From an uncultured Chryseobacterium sp. (lineage in GTDB: Bacteria > Bacteroidota > Bacteroidia > Flavobacteriales_F > PHOS-HE28), in NCBI GenBank assembly GCA_964394425.1, contig CAYMXP010000001.1:6495-70494 (forward strand): 64,000 nucleotides of DNA, read 5' to 3'. A program made the translations under genes and the position numbers. The notes beneath the pieces were generated by a model, which saw nothing but the letters and a program-made list of their open reading frames with translations, was not told where the DNA came from and did not search any database. The number at the start of each line of letters is the position of its first letter. Position 1 is the stretch's first letter. Below, in pieces: positions 1 to 9,075 of this stretch.

Positions 1-146
1 AACTCCTGCGGTTGCTGGTCCGCATGCGTGCCGATGCGAAGTCCCGGAAGGATTTCGCCACCGGCGACCGCATCCGCGATGAACTGGCCGCCATCGGCGT
101 GGTACTGAAGGACACCAAGGAAGGCACGACGTGGGAGCTGGACTGA
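1..146 (+). CDS. cysS: cysteine--tRNA ligase, C-terminal fragment (5' end outside window)
   Basis: Frame open from the window edge (codons from nt 3) to TGA 144-146. Translates ...[33 protein letters not shown], the characteristic CysRS C-terminal tail. Confidence 0.6.
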   Translation, partial: LLRLLVRMRADAKSRKDFATGDRIRDELAAIGVVLKDTKEGTTWELD

Positions 147-1177
147 ACCGACGCCAGAGGGGCTGGCACCGGCGGGCGGCAAGCGCGGTCTTGCTGCTGT
201 CCGGCATGGTGCTCCTGAGATCCTGCGCGCCGGATGATGATCGCGGGACCCGCCCACCGGTGAAGCCGCCGGTGGAGCTGCCACCCGCGCCGCAATTCGA
301 CCCGGACAGTGCTTTCGCTTTCGTGAAGAAGCAGGTGGACTTCGGCCCGCGCGTGCCGGGCACCGCCGCCCACGAAGCCTGTGCGGACTGGATGGTGATG
401 AAGCTGAAGGCCTTCGGTGCGGACACGGTGATCGAACAGACCGGCACGGTCACCGCGTTCAATGGGAGGAAGCTGCCTTTGCGCAACATCATCGCACGGT
501 TCCACGCCGAGCGAAAGCATCGCGTGTTGCTGGCCGCGCATTACGACACGCGGCCCATGGCCGACAAGGACAAGGATCCCAAGCGGCAGGGTGAGCCGAT
601 CCCCGGCGCCAACGACGGCGGCAGCGGCGTGGGCGTGCTCCTGGAGATCGCCCGACACCTCGCGGCGCTTCCCGCTTCCGAGGTCGGCGTGGACCTCTTC
701 TTCACCGATGCGGAGGACTACGGCGAACCCACCGGCGCCATGACCCAGAACGAGCACAGCGACACCTGGTGCCTGGGCGCGCAGTACTGGGCGAAGAACC
801 CGCGACCGCCCGGTTATTCCGCGCGCTTCGGCATCCTGCTGGACATGGTCGGTGCGCGGGATGCGCGATTCCACAAGGAGGCCTTCAGCATGCAGACCGC
901 CGGCCACGTGGTGAACAAAGTGTGGCGCACCGCCGCCGCCATCGGCCACGGCGACCGCTTCGTGAACGAGGTGAAATACTTCGTCGGCGTGGACGACCAC
1001 GTATACATCCACCGCGGCCGGCAGATCCCCACCATCGACATCATCGGGTACGATGAAGGCACCAAGGCTTTCGATCCGACCTGGCACACGCACGACGATG
1101 ACATGGAGAACATCGACCCGGCCACGTTGAAGGCCGTTGGGCAGACCGTCCTGGAGGTGGCGTGGAAGGAACGCTGA
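131..1177 (+). CDS. M28-family peptidase / glutaminyl-peptide cyclotransferase-like lipoprotein
   Basis: 348-aa ORF with a GTG start overlapping the cysS stop. Signal/lipobox [13 protein letters not shown]28 metal-ligand regions [36 protein letters not shown]. Confidence 0.75.
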   Translation: MGAGLNRRQRGWHRRAASAVLLLSGMVLLRSCAPDDDRGTRPPVKPPVELPPAPQFDPDSAFAFVKKQVDFGPRVPGTAAHEACADWMVMKLKAFGADTVIEQTGTVTAFNGRKLPLRNIIARFHAERKHRVLLAAHYDTRPMADKDKDPKRQGEPIPGANDGGSGVGVLLEIARHLAALPASEVGVDLFFTDAEDYGEPTGAMTQNEHSDTWCLGAQYWAKNPRPPGYSARFGILLDMVGARDARFHKEAFSMQTAGHVVNKVWRTAAAIGHGDRFVNEVKYFVGVDDHVYIHRGRQIPTIDIIGYDEGTKAFDPTWHTHDDDMENIDPATLKAVGQTVLEVAWKER

Positions 1178-1276
1178 ACCCTCCTCGCGCATTCGACGTT
1201 CTTCGTTTTCGGTGGGAGCCATCATGGGCCTTCCCGCGCGATGTTGGACGAACAGCGGGCAACGTATTTTTCCCCC

Positions 1277-4069
1277 ATGTCCGAGAACGGCACCGACAAG
1301 CGCCTCTTCCTGCTCGACGCCTACGCGCTGATCTACCGCGCCTACTTCAGCTTCATCCGCACGCCGCGCATCAACAGCAAGCGGCTGAACACCAGCGCGG
1401 CCTTCGGCTTCACCACCACCCTGCTCGACCTGATCAAGCGCGAGAAGCCCACGCACCTGGCCGTGGTGTTCGACATGGGCGCTGATGCGCGTGAGGCGGA
1501 ACACGCCGAGTACAAGGCCAACCGGCAGGAGATGCCCGACGACATCCGCAGCAACGTGCCGTACATCCGCCGCATCATCGAGGCGTTCAACATTCCCGTG
1601 ATCGAGAGCGAGGGCTACGAGGCCGACGACGTGATCGGCACCCTCGCGAAAAAGGCGGAGAAGGAGGGCTACACCACCTACATGGTGACACCCGACAAGG
1701 ATTTCGGCCAGCTCGTCAGCGAGAAGATCAAGATCTACAAGCCCGGCAAGGCGGGTGGAGGGCCCGAGGTGATGGGTGTGAAGGAGGTCTGCGATCGCTG
1801 GGGTGGCTTGACCAGCCCCGAGCAGGTGAAGGACATCCTCGGCCTGATGGGCGATGCGGTGGACAACATCCCCGGCATCCCCGGCATCGGCGAGAAGACC
1901 GCCATGAAGCTCGTTCAGCAGTTCGGCAGCCTGGAAACGGTGATCGAGAAAGCTGATGACCTCAAGGGCAAGCTCCAGGAGAACGTGAAGGCACACGCGA
2001 AGGATGGGATCATGTCCAAGCGCCTGGCGACGATCATGACCGACGCGCCGGTTGACCTGGACCATGATGCATTGCACCTGGATCCGCCCGACAGGAACAA
2101 GGTGAACGAGGTGTTCAGCGAGCTCGAGTTCCGCACGCTGGCGAAGCAGGTGCTTGGCGAGGAAGCCGGACAATTGCAGACCACCGCCGCCCCGGCCGAC
2201 CTCTTCGGCCAGCCACCAGAAGTGGACGGCGATGCACCGGCGCGGCTGATCGACCTGAACACGATCGACACCGTCGCCCACACCTACCACCTCGTCGCTG
2301 CCAGCGAGGGCATGTACATGCTCGCCGCGCAACTGAAGAAGCAGAAGGCCTTCTGCTTCGACACCGAGACCACCGGACTCGACGAGCACACCGCCGACCT
2401 GGTGGGCATGGCCTTCTCCTGGAAGGAGCACACCGGGCACTACGTGGCGGTGCCCGCCGACCGGAAGGAGGCGCAGAAGGTGGTGGACATCTTCAAGCCG
2501 CTGCTGGAAGATCCGGACAAGGAGAAGGTAGCGCAGAACCTCAAGTACGACATGAAGGTGATGCGGCGCTACGGCGTGGAGGTCCGGGGACCCGTGTTCG
2601 ACACCATGGTGGCGCACTACCTGATCCAGCCGGAGCTCAAGCACAACATGGACTACCTGGCCGAGACCCACCTGAAGTACCGCCCGGTCTCCATCGAAAC
2701 GCTCATCGGCCCGAAGAACAAGCCGCTGCGCACCATGCGCGAGGCCGACGTGGAAGCGGTGAAGGAATACAGCGCCGAGGATGCGGACGTCACCTGGCAG
2801 CTCAAGGAGCTCTTCGCACCGCGCCTGAGAATGGACGGCTTGAAGGAGCTCTTCGATGAGGTGGAAATGCCGCTCGTGGCTGTTCTGGCGGACATGGAAT
2901 GGGAGGGGATCGCGCTGGATGTGAAGGCGCTGGAAAGCTTCAGCAGGGAACTGCAGGCCGACCTGGTGAAACTCGATGAGCGGATCACGGAAATGGCCGG
3001 GGTCCGGTTCAACATCGATTCGCCGAGGCAACTCGGGGAGATCCTCTTCGACCGGCTGAAGATCAGCCCCGACGCCAAGAAGACCAGGACCGGCCAGTAC
3101 ACCACCAGCGAGGACGTGCTGAGCGCGCTGGCCCACGCTCATCCGATCGTGCCCGCGATCCTTGACTACCGGTCGCTGAAGAAATTGAAGGGCACCTACG
3201 TGGACGCGCTTCCGCGTGAAGTGAACCCCGCGACCGGACGCGTTCACACCAACTTCCGGCAGGCGGTGGCCGCTACGGGCCGGCTGGCGAGCGACGAGCC
3301 CAACCTGCAGAACATCCCCATCCGCACCGAACGCGGCCGCGAGATCCGCAAGGCCTTCGTGCCGCGGGACAAGCATCACAAGCTGCTCAGTGCCGACTAC
3401 AGCCAGATCGAACTGCGCGTGATCGCGCACATGAGCGGCGACACGAACCTGCGCGAGGCCTTCCACCGCGGCCTCGACATCCACGCCGCCACCGCCGCCA
3501 AGGTCTTCAACGTGGACATCGCCGCGGTGACGCGCGAACAGCGCGGCCGCGCCAAGGCGGTGAACTTCGGTCTCGCCTACGGCCAGGGCGCGTTCGGGCT
3601 GTCGCAGAACCTGGGCATCCCGCGCGCGGAGGCGAAGCAGATCATCGACGACTACTTCGCGCAGTTCCCCGGGGTGCGCAGCTACATGGACGAGCAGATC
3701 AACTTCTGCCGCAAGCATGGCTACGTCAAGACCCTGATGGACCGCCGGCGCTACCTGCCCGACATCACCAGCGCCAACCAGACCGTGCGCGCGCAGGCCG
3801 AGCGCATCGCCATCAACGCGCCCATGCAGGGCACCGCCGCCGACATCATCAAGGTGGCCATGGTGCGCATCCATGAGCGCATCCGCAAGGAGAAGTTGAA
3901 GAGCCGGATGCTCCTCACCGTGCATGACGAACTGGTCTTCGACGTGCATGAAAAGGAGGAGGAGGTGATGCAGGCCCTGGTGAAGGAGCTGATGGAAGGG
4001 GCCATGAAGCTGGACGTGCCGCTGGTTGTTGACATGCATCTGGGGAAAAACTGGCTGGAGGCGCACTGA
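1277..4069 (+). CDS. polA: DNA polymerase I
   Basis: 930 aa from ATG 1277 (track ORF opens at 1241). 5'-nuclease N-terminus LFLLDAYALIYRAYF. Family-A motifs A (LLSADYSQIELRVIAH), B (RGRAKAVNFGLAYGQ) and C (LLTVHDELVF). Confidence 0.97.
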   Translation: MSENGTDKRLFLLDAYALIYRAYFSFIRTPRINSKRLNTSAAFGFTTTLLDLIKREKPTHLAVVFDMGADAREAEHAEYKANRQEMPDDIRSNVPYIRRIIEAFNIPVIESEGYEADDVIGTLAKKAEKEGYTTYMVTPDKDFGQLVSEKIKIYKPGKAGGGPEVMGVKEVCDRWGGLTSPEQVKDILGLMGDAVDNIPGIPGIGEKTAMKLVQQFGSLETVIEKADDLKGKLQENVKAHAKDGIMSKRLATIMTDAPVDLDHDALHLDPPDRNKVNEVFSELEFRTLAKQVLGEEAGQLQTTAAPADLFGQPPEVDGDAPARLIDLNTIDTVAHTYHLVAASEGMYMLAAQLKKQKAFCFDTETTGLDEHTADLVGMAFSWKEHTGHYVAVPADRKEAQKVVDIFKPLLEDPDKEKVAQNLKYDMKVMRRYGVEVRGPVFDTMVAHYLIQPELKHNMDYLAETHLKYRPVSIETLIGPKNKPLRTMREADVEAVKEYSAEDADVTWQLKELFAPRLRMDGLKELFDEVEMPLVAVLADMEWEGIALDVKALESFSRELQADLVKLDERITEMAGVRFNIDSPRQLGEILFDRLKISPDAKKTRTGQYTTSEDVLSALAHAHPIVPAILDYRSLKKLKGTYVDALPREVNPATGRVHTNFRQAVAATGRLASDEPNLQNIPIRTERGREIRKAFVPRDKHHKLLSADYSQIELRVIAHMSGDTNLREAFHRGLDIHAATAAKVFNVDIAAVTREQRGRAKAVNFGLAYGQGAFGLSQNLGIPRAEAKQIIDDYFAQFPGVRSYMDEQINFCRKHGYVKTLMDRRRYLPDITSANQTVRAQAERIAINAPMQGTAADIIKVAMVRIHERIRKEKLKSRMLLTVHDELVFDVHEKEEEVMQALVKELMEGAMKLDVPLVVDMHLGKNWLEAH

Positions 4070-4113
4070 CCCGCGTGCGCGCATGGGGATCTTTACCGGC
4101 GATCCCACGGACC

Positions 4114-5019
4114 ATGCCGATGATCCTTCATCGAACGCATCGCGCGTTCCTGCTCTGCGCCAGTGCGGCCCTGCTCGCGGCTTGCGGCGGTGATGCCCCT
4201 CCCCAGGACCAGCTGACCACCGGCGCTGCCGACAGCGCCCAACTGGCCACGCGCCAGCAGAAGACCAGGAGCATCTTCTACAGCATCCCCTCGCCGATGG
4301 AGACCGCCACCCTGCTCAAGGACGCCGGCGCGGATTACGACAAGGACATCCTGAACGACGTGCTGAACGTGGACAAGTACACCGCCGCCAGCAAGCAGGC
4401 GCTCAACCTGGGGGTGTACGGCGCCGACCTGAGCTACGCCAGCGTCTTCAACAACACGCAGGAGAGCATGTTCTACACCAGCTGCGCCAAGAAGCTGGCC
4501 GACCGGCTGGGCGTGAGCAACGCGTTCAACGACAGCACCATCGAGCGCATGGAAGCCAACCGCAACGAACGGGATTCGCTGCTGGACATCATCAGCGAGA
4601 CCTACTGGATGGTGGATGCCTACCTGAAGGAGAACGGCCGCGACAACATCAGCGCGATGATGATCGCCGGGGGCTGGGTGGAGGGCCTCTACATCGCCAC
4701 GCAGGTGACGAAGACCAACGACACACCGGCCATGCGCCAGCGCATCGCCGAGCAGAAACTGGGCCTGGCCGATCTGATCGCCCTGGTGGGCACCTACGAC
4801 GATGGCGACGCCGCCCTCGGCGCGGTGCTCGCCGACCTGAAGGCGATCCACGCGTTGTACGAGGGCGTGCCCTCCGGCGCCAACGCCACCGGCGAAGTGA
4901 AGCAGGAAGGCGGCGTCGCGGTGATCGGTGGTGGTGGGCCGCCCGCCACGCTCACCGATGAGCAACTGGCCGCCATCCGCGACAAGGCCGCGGCCGTCCG
5001 CGCCAACTACATCAACTGA
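4114..5019 (+). CDS. hypothetical lipoprotein
   Basis: 301 aa from ATG 4114. Lipoprotein signal LLCASAALLAAC|GG. GC3-rich frame, whereas the antisense 4093-5064 ORF has shadow composition. Stop overlaps the next start (TGATG 5017-5021). No family recognised. Confidence 0.7.
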   Translation: MPMILHRTHRAFLLCASAALLAACGGDAPPQDQLTTGAADSAQLATRQQKTRSIFYSIPSPMETATLLKDAGADYDKDILNDVLNVDKYTAASKQALNLGVYGADLSYASVFNNTQESMFYTSCAKKLADRLGVSNAFNDSTIERMEANRNERDSLLDIISETYWMVDAYLKENGRDNISAMMIAGGWVEGLYIATQVTKTNDTPAMRQRIAEQKLGLADLIALVGTYDDGDAALGAVLADLKAIHALYEGVPSGANATGEVKQEGGVAVIGGGGPPATLTDEQLAAIRDKAAAVRANYIN

Positions 5020-5474
5020 TGCCCGCCATGAACCACGCCAAGATCCTGTTGCCGCTGGCCGCACTATCGGGCATGCTCCTGGCCGGCTCCGCCGCCGCGC
5101 AATGCCGCAGCTTCGCGAAGAACAAGTGCATGCCGGAGCTCGCCCCCTACCGCTTCAACGAAACCTACAACGCCGCCCAGCTCGCACCCGGCGAGGAGGC
5201 CGAGGTGGGCCTCACCTTCTACAGCGGCCAGGATTACCGCATCATGGTCTGCGCGCACCCCATCCTCGGTGAGGTGAACTGGAAGCTGGTGGACGGCAGC
5301 AACAAGATCGTCTTCGAGAGCTTCGCCGATGACCCCAAGCACAGCTTCGACCTGCGCGTGGAGAACACCCAGCAGATGAAGGTGCAGGTGTGGGTGCCCA
5401 ACGCCCAGGGCGGCAGCGCCGACATGGTGCATGTGGGCTGCGTGGCGATCATGGTGGGCTTCAAGGAGCAATGA
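5019..5474 (+). CDS. hypothetical secreted protein
   Basis: 151 aa with signal peptide ...LLAGSAAA|Q. Translationally coupled to the upstream lipoprotein gene. No family recognised. Confidence 0.7.
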   Translation: MPAMNHAKILLPLAALSGMLLAGSAAAQCRSFAKNKCMPELAPYRFNETYNAAQLAPGEEAEVGLTFYSGQDYRIMVCAHPILGEVNWKLVDGSNKIVFESFADDPKHSFDLRVENTQQMKVQVWVPNAQGGSADMVHVGCVAIMVGFKEQ

Positions 5475-5550
5475 CAGCGATGTGATCGCGGGGGGATCCC
5501 TCCTGTTAAAGGCTCAGCGAGGAATAGGAGGAGCAGGGGTGATCCGCCAC

Positions 5551-5601
5551 GGTCTGGAAACGTGAAGCCCCGCCATCCGGCGGGGCTTCACGTTCCAGAC
5601 C
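5551..5601. terminator. long GC-rich hairpin between convergent genes (putative bidirectional terminator)
   Basis: Left arm ggtctggaaacgtgaagccccgcc, loop atcc, right arm ggcggggcttcacgttccagacc. This gives a 23-bp stem with one bulged A. No flanking U-tract outside the stem. Confidence 0.6.
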
Positions 5602-5640
5602 ACCAAGGTCCCGATGGCGGGACCACGGTGGGTCGAGGGG

Positions 5641-7734
5641 TCATTTCACCGTGAAGCGGATCGTGCGTTCGATCATGCCCTGTTGCAGCCGCACCAGGTA
5701 GAGGCCGCTTTCCAGCATCGCCACCGGGATCGTCATGCGGTGGTCGCCGGAAGAGAGGTCGCCCGCATGAAGCACCTGGATCCGCCGGCCAAGCACGTCG
5801 AGCAGTTCCACCGTGACCAGGCCACTGTTGGCGAGCGAGAGGTAGAGGTCGGCCTCGTTCTCAGCCGGGTTCGGCACCACCGCCAACCCGGCGCCCAATG
5901 CCAGCACCTCGTCGATGCCCACCGGCGAGCCCAGCACGTTGATGTCGTCGATGTAGAGGTTGTTGCCGCCGGCGCTCTCGAACTCGAACTTGAAGCGGAA
6001 GTGGCCCACGTGGTGGGCGCTGATGAAGTTGTCGATCTCGATGTACCCCCAGTCGCCTGCGTCATCCGGCGTGAAGGGGCTGGTCTGGTCGGGTACGGTG
6101 GGCAGGTCGTTGGTGGAGCGGATCTGCTTGCGCAGGCTCCAGGTCTCGCCGCAGTTGTAACTGCTGTACACGCGCAGGATGTCGTCGTCATCGTCGTGCC
6201 GGCGGGCGAAGGCCCAGCGGAAGGTGAGGGTGATGTCCGAGGCATTGGTCATGTCGATCGTGTTGCTGATCACCTCGTCCACGTCGCCGGCGTCGTTGTA
6301 GTAATTGCGCAGCCACATGCTCTTGGTGCCGCTGAAGCCGGCGGTGGAGAAGAGCTCGAAGGCCTCGTCCTGGTCGGGGTCGTTCACGAACCACTTCGCA
6401 TCGGGCAATGCGGCGGTGGCCTCAAAGTCCTCGATCACCGGGTTGGGCGCTCCGGGATCGGCCAGCACGATGATGTGGTCGTTGCGCGTGAGACTCACGT
6501 TATCAATGCCGTTGCCGGCTGTCAGGGTCACGGCATAGCTACCGGGCGTGTCGTAGGTCACCACCGGGTTCTCATCGGTGCTGCTGGCCGGGTTGCCGCC
6601 GGGGAAACTCCAATCCCAGATCGTGGCGCCGTGGTAGCTCATGTCGTTGAAGGTGACCTGCGAGCCCGCGCAGATCACGGTGTGGTCGCTGGTCCAGTCG
6701 GCCGCGCAAAGGTTGTCCACGCCGGTGGTGCCGGTGGAGGCCAGGTTCGAGGGCTGCCAGAGCTGGTTGCGCTGCGCGGTACCGCTGTTGAGGGCGGCGA
6801 GCATGCGCGTCTTCTGCCCGTTGGTGAACATCTTCGAGCAGTAGGCATACTCCATATAGTTCTCCACGTTGTCCAGGAAGGAGCCGCAGGTGGCGCCGGC
6901 CAGGTTGCAGCCCTGCCAGCCCTCGGTCGGTGGCGTGTCGTTCACCAGGTCGGTCTCGCCGCAGTTGCTGTCGAGGCCCGGGCTGTTGGTGGGGCCCCAG
7001 CAGTGGCGCAGGTTGATCCAATGGCCCACCTCGTGGGTGAGGGTGCGCGAGTGGCTCAACTGGCTGGTGCCGATGCTGCCGGTGTAGGTGTGCAGCAGGA
7101 CGATCCCGTCGGCCGCCGCGTCCCAGGAGTTGGCCACCATGCCGGGGGTGAAGGTGTATCCCGCGGCGCCGTCGGCGCTGGCGGCCACCCACACGTTCAG
7201 GTACTTGTTGCGCGGCCACTGGATCAGATCCTTCATGTCCTGGGTGCCGTCGTTGGTCAGTTCGCTCTGGGTGCGGGTGATGCCGCTGGTGCAGTTGCCG
7301 TCGGGATCCTTCTGCGCCAGGCGGAAGGTGATGCCCACGTCGGCCACGATGGCCAGGAACTCGCTCTGCACGTCGTCCCAGTCGGCGTTCAACTTGTTGA
7401 AGTCGTCGTTCAGGATGCGCACGGCATCCTCCACCTGCTCGTCGCTGATGTTCTCCGGCCCGTTGTCGTGGATGATGTGGAAGACCATCGGGATCACGTA
7501 CTGGGTGCCACCGCGTTCGTCCGCGTCGTAGCTCGCGGTGAAGTCGGCCGTGAACGCCTCCAGGGCCTGTTCGGCCTGCTGCATCTGGTGGATGCGGGCC
7601 GGGTCGTTCTGGTGCAGTTGCGCCAGGTGGTCCGGGTCGTTGTTCTTGCAGCTGATCCCCTCCGTGGAGAGCTGCGCCAGGGTGCTCAGGGGCGCCAGGC
7701 CCAGCAGGACGGGGATGAGGTAGGGATGCTTCAT
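5641..7734 (-). CDS. M43-family (cytophagalysin/pappalysin-like) zinc metalloprotease, T9SS cargo
   Basis: 697 aa from ATG 7734 (ORF opens at 7785). Signal peptide ...LSTLA|Q. Metzincin motif HEVGHWINLRH. PKD-like and MAM-like regions. C-terminal T9SS type-A-like CTD (VVPNPAENEADLYL...GLYLVRLQQG...RFTVK). Confidence 0.88.
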   Translation of the reverse strand: MKHPYLIPVLLGLAPLSTLAQLSTEGISCKNNDPDHLAQLHQNDPARIHQMQQAEQALEAFTADFTASYDADERGGTQYVIPMVFHIIHDNGPENISDEQVEDAVRILNDDFNKLNADWDDVQSEFLAIVADVGITFRLAQKDPDGNCTSGITRTQSELTNDGTQDMKDLIQWPRNKYLNVWVAASADGAAGYTFTPGMVANSWDAAADGIVLLHTYTGSIGTSQLSHSRTLTHEVGHWINLRHCWGPTNSPGLDSNCGETDLVNDTPPTEGWQGCNLAGATCGSFLDNVENYMEYAYCSKMFTNGQKTRMLAALNSGTAQRNQLWQPSNLASTGTTGVDNLCAADWTSDHTVICAGSQVTFNDMSYHGATIWDWSFPGGNPASSTDENPVVTYDTPGSYAVTLTAGNGIDNVSLTRNDHIIVLADPGAPNPVIEDFEATAALPDAKWFVNDPDQDEAFELFSTAGFSGTKSMWLRNYYNDAGDVDEVISNTIDMTNASDITLTFRWAFARRHDDDDDILRVYSSYNCGETWSLRKQIRSTNDLPTVPDQTSPFTPDDAGDWGYIEIDNFISAHHVGHFRFKFEFESAGGNNLYIDDINVLGSPVGIDEVLALGAGLAVVPNPAENEADLYLSLANSGLVTVELLDVLGRRIQVLHAGDLSSGDHRMTIPVAMLESGLYLVRLQQGMIERTIRFTVK

Positions 7735-7889
7735 TGGCCTCGTTGGGTCGTTCGGATCGCGAAGGTACCCCAGCACGCGATCCACCGCTGGTCACCTGCC
7801 CGCCTTGGACCCTGGATCCTTGGGTTTCCAACGGCAAAGCCGGTTGGATCCGTCGGCTGATCCGATGGTTCCATCGAGAGGAACAGCGG

Positions 7890-9029
7890 TTACCCCAGCG
7901 CCCCCTTCAGGTCCTCCACCAGATCCCCCACGTCCTCGATCCCCACGCTGAGGCGGATCAAGGTATCGGCCAGGCCGTTCTTCAGCCGTTCCTCGCGCGG
8001 GATGCTGGCGTGGGTCATGGAGGCTGGGTGGCCGATCAGGCTCTCCACGCCGCCGAGGCTTTCGGCCAGGGAGAAGAGTTTGGTGCCGCTGAGCACGCGC
8101 ATCGCCTCCTCCATCCGATCGCCCTTCAGGGTGAAGCTCACCATGCCGCCGAAGCCGTTCATCTGGCGCGCGGCGATCGCGTGGCCGGTGTGGCCGGGCA
8201 GGCCGGGCCAGTACACGCGGTCCACCTTGGGATGCGATCCGAGGAAGGCCGCGATCTCCTCGCCGTTCTCGCAGTGGCGCTGCATGCGCACGTGCAGGGT
8301 CTTCAGGCCGCGCAGCACCAGGAAGCAATCCATGGGGCCGGGCGTGGCGCCGCTGCTGTTCTGGATGAAAGCCAGGCGCTCGGCCAGCGCGTCGTCGTTG
8401 GTCACCAGCGCACCGAGCACCGTGTCGCTGTGGCCGGCCAGGTACTTGGTGGCCGAGTGCATCACCACGTGCGCGCCCAGGTCCAGCGGCTCCTGCAGGT
8501 AGGGCGTGGCGAAGGTGTTGTCCACGCAGAGCAGGCTGCCGTACTTCTTCGCCAGCGCGGCCATGGCCTCGATGTCGATCACGTTCAGCAGCGGGTTGGT
8601 GGGGGTCTCGACCCAGATCAGCTTCGTGGAGGAGTTCACGTGCTGTTCCACGGCCTTCGCATCGCTCATGGGCACGAAGCGGAATCTGATGCCGTAGTCC
8701 TGGTAGATCTTGGTGAAGAGGCGGTAGGTGCCGCCGTAGAGGTCGTTGGTGCTCACCACCTCATCGCCGGGCTTCAGCAGCTTGATGAGGGTGTCGATCG
8801 CCGCCATGCCGCTGGAGAAGCAAAGGCCGTGCTTCCCGCCCTCCGATCCCGCGAGCGCCTTCTGCAAGGCCGTGCGCGTGGGATTGTGCGTGCGGCTGTA
8901 TTCGTAGCCCTTGTGATCGCCCGGCGCGCGTTGCACATAGGTGGAGGTCTGGTAGATGGGCGTCATGATGGCGCCGGTGGAGGGATCGGGCTCCACGCCG
9001 GCGTGGATGGTGCGAGTGGCGAAACGCAT
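7890..9029 (-). CDS. PLP-dependent trans-sulfuration enzyme (cystathionine gamma-synthase/lyase family)
   Basis: 379 aa. N-terminus MRFATRTIHAG. PLP-lysine motif HSATKYLAGHSD. Full-length similarity to the Cys/Met-metabolism PLP family. Confidence 0.9.
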   Translation of the reverse strand: MRFATRTIHAGVEPDPSTGAIMTPIYQTSTYVQRAPGDHKGYEYSRTHNPTRTALQKALAGSEGGKHGLCFSSGMAAIDTLIKLLKPGDEVVSTNDLYGGTYRLFTKIYQDYGIRFRFVPMSDAKAVEQHVNSSTKLIWVETPTNPLLNVIDIEAMAALAKKYGSLLCVDNTFATPYLQEPLDLGAHVVMHSATKYLAGHSDTVLGALVTNDDALAERLAFIQNSSGATPGPMDCFLVLRGLKTLHVRMQRHCENGEEIAAFLGSHPKVDRVYWPGLPGHTGHAIAARQMNGFGGMVSFTLKGDRMEEAMRVLSGTKLFSLAESLGGVESLIGHPASMTHASIPREERLKNGLADTLIRLSVGIEDVGDLVEDLKGALG

Positions 9030-9075
9030 GGGGTCGTGTTGAGGGCGCGAATTAGGAATTCGGAATTCCCATTTC

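Noticed and set aside
5614-7860. 748-aa plus-strand ORF
   Set aside because: It is an antisense shadow of the M43 protease gene. Its composition (runs of A/G/V/H/R, no recognisable motifs) is typical of the reverse frame of a GC3-rich gene, whereas the minus frame has a signal peptide, the HEVGHWINLRH motif and a T9SS CTD.
9030-9075. SAM/Met riboswitch upstream of the trans-sulfuration gene
   Set aside because: The spacer is only about 46 nt, too short for any known SAM riboswitch class.
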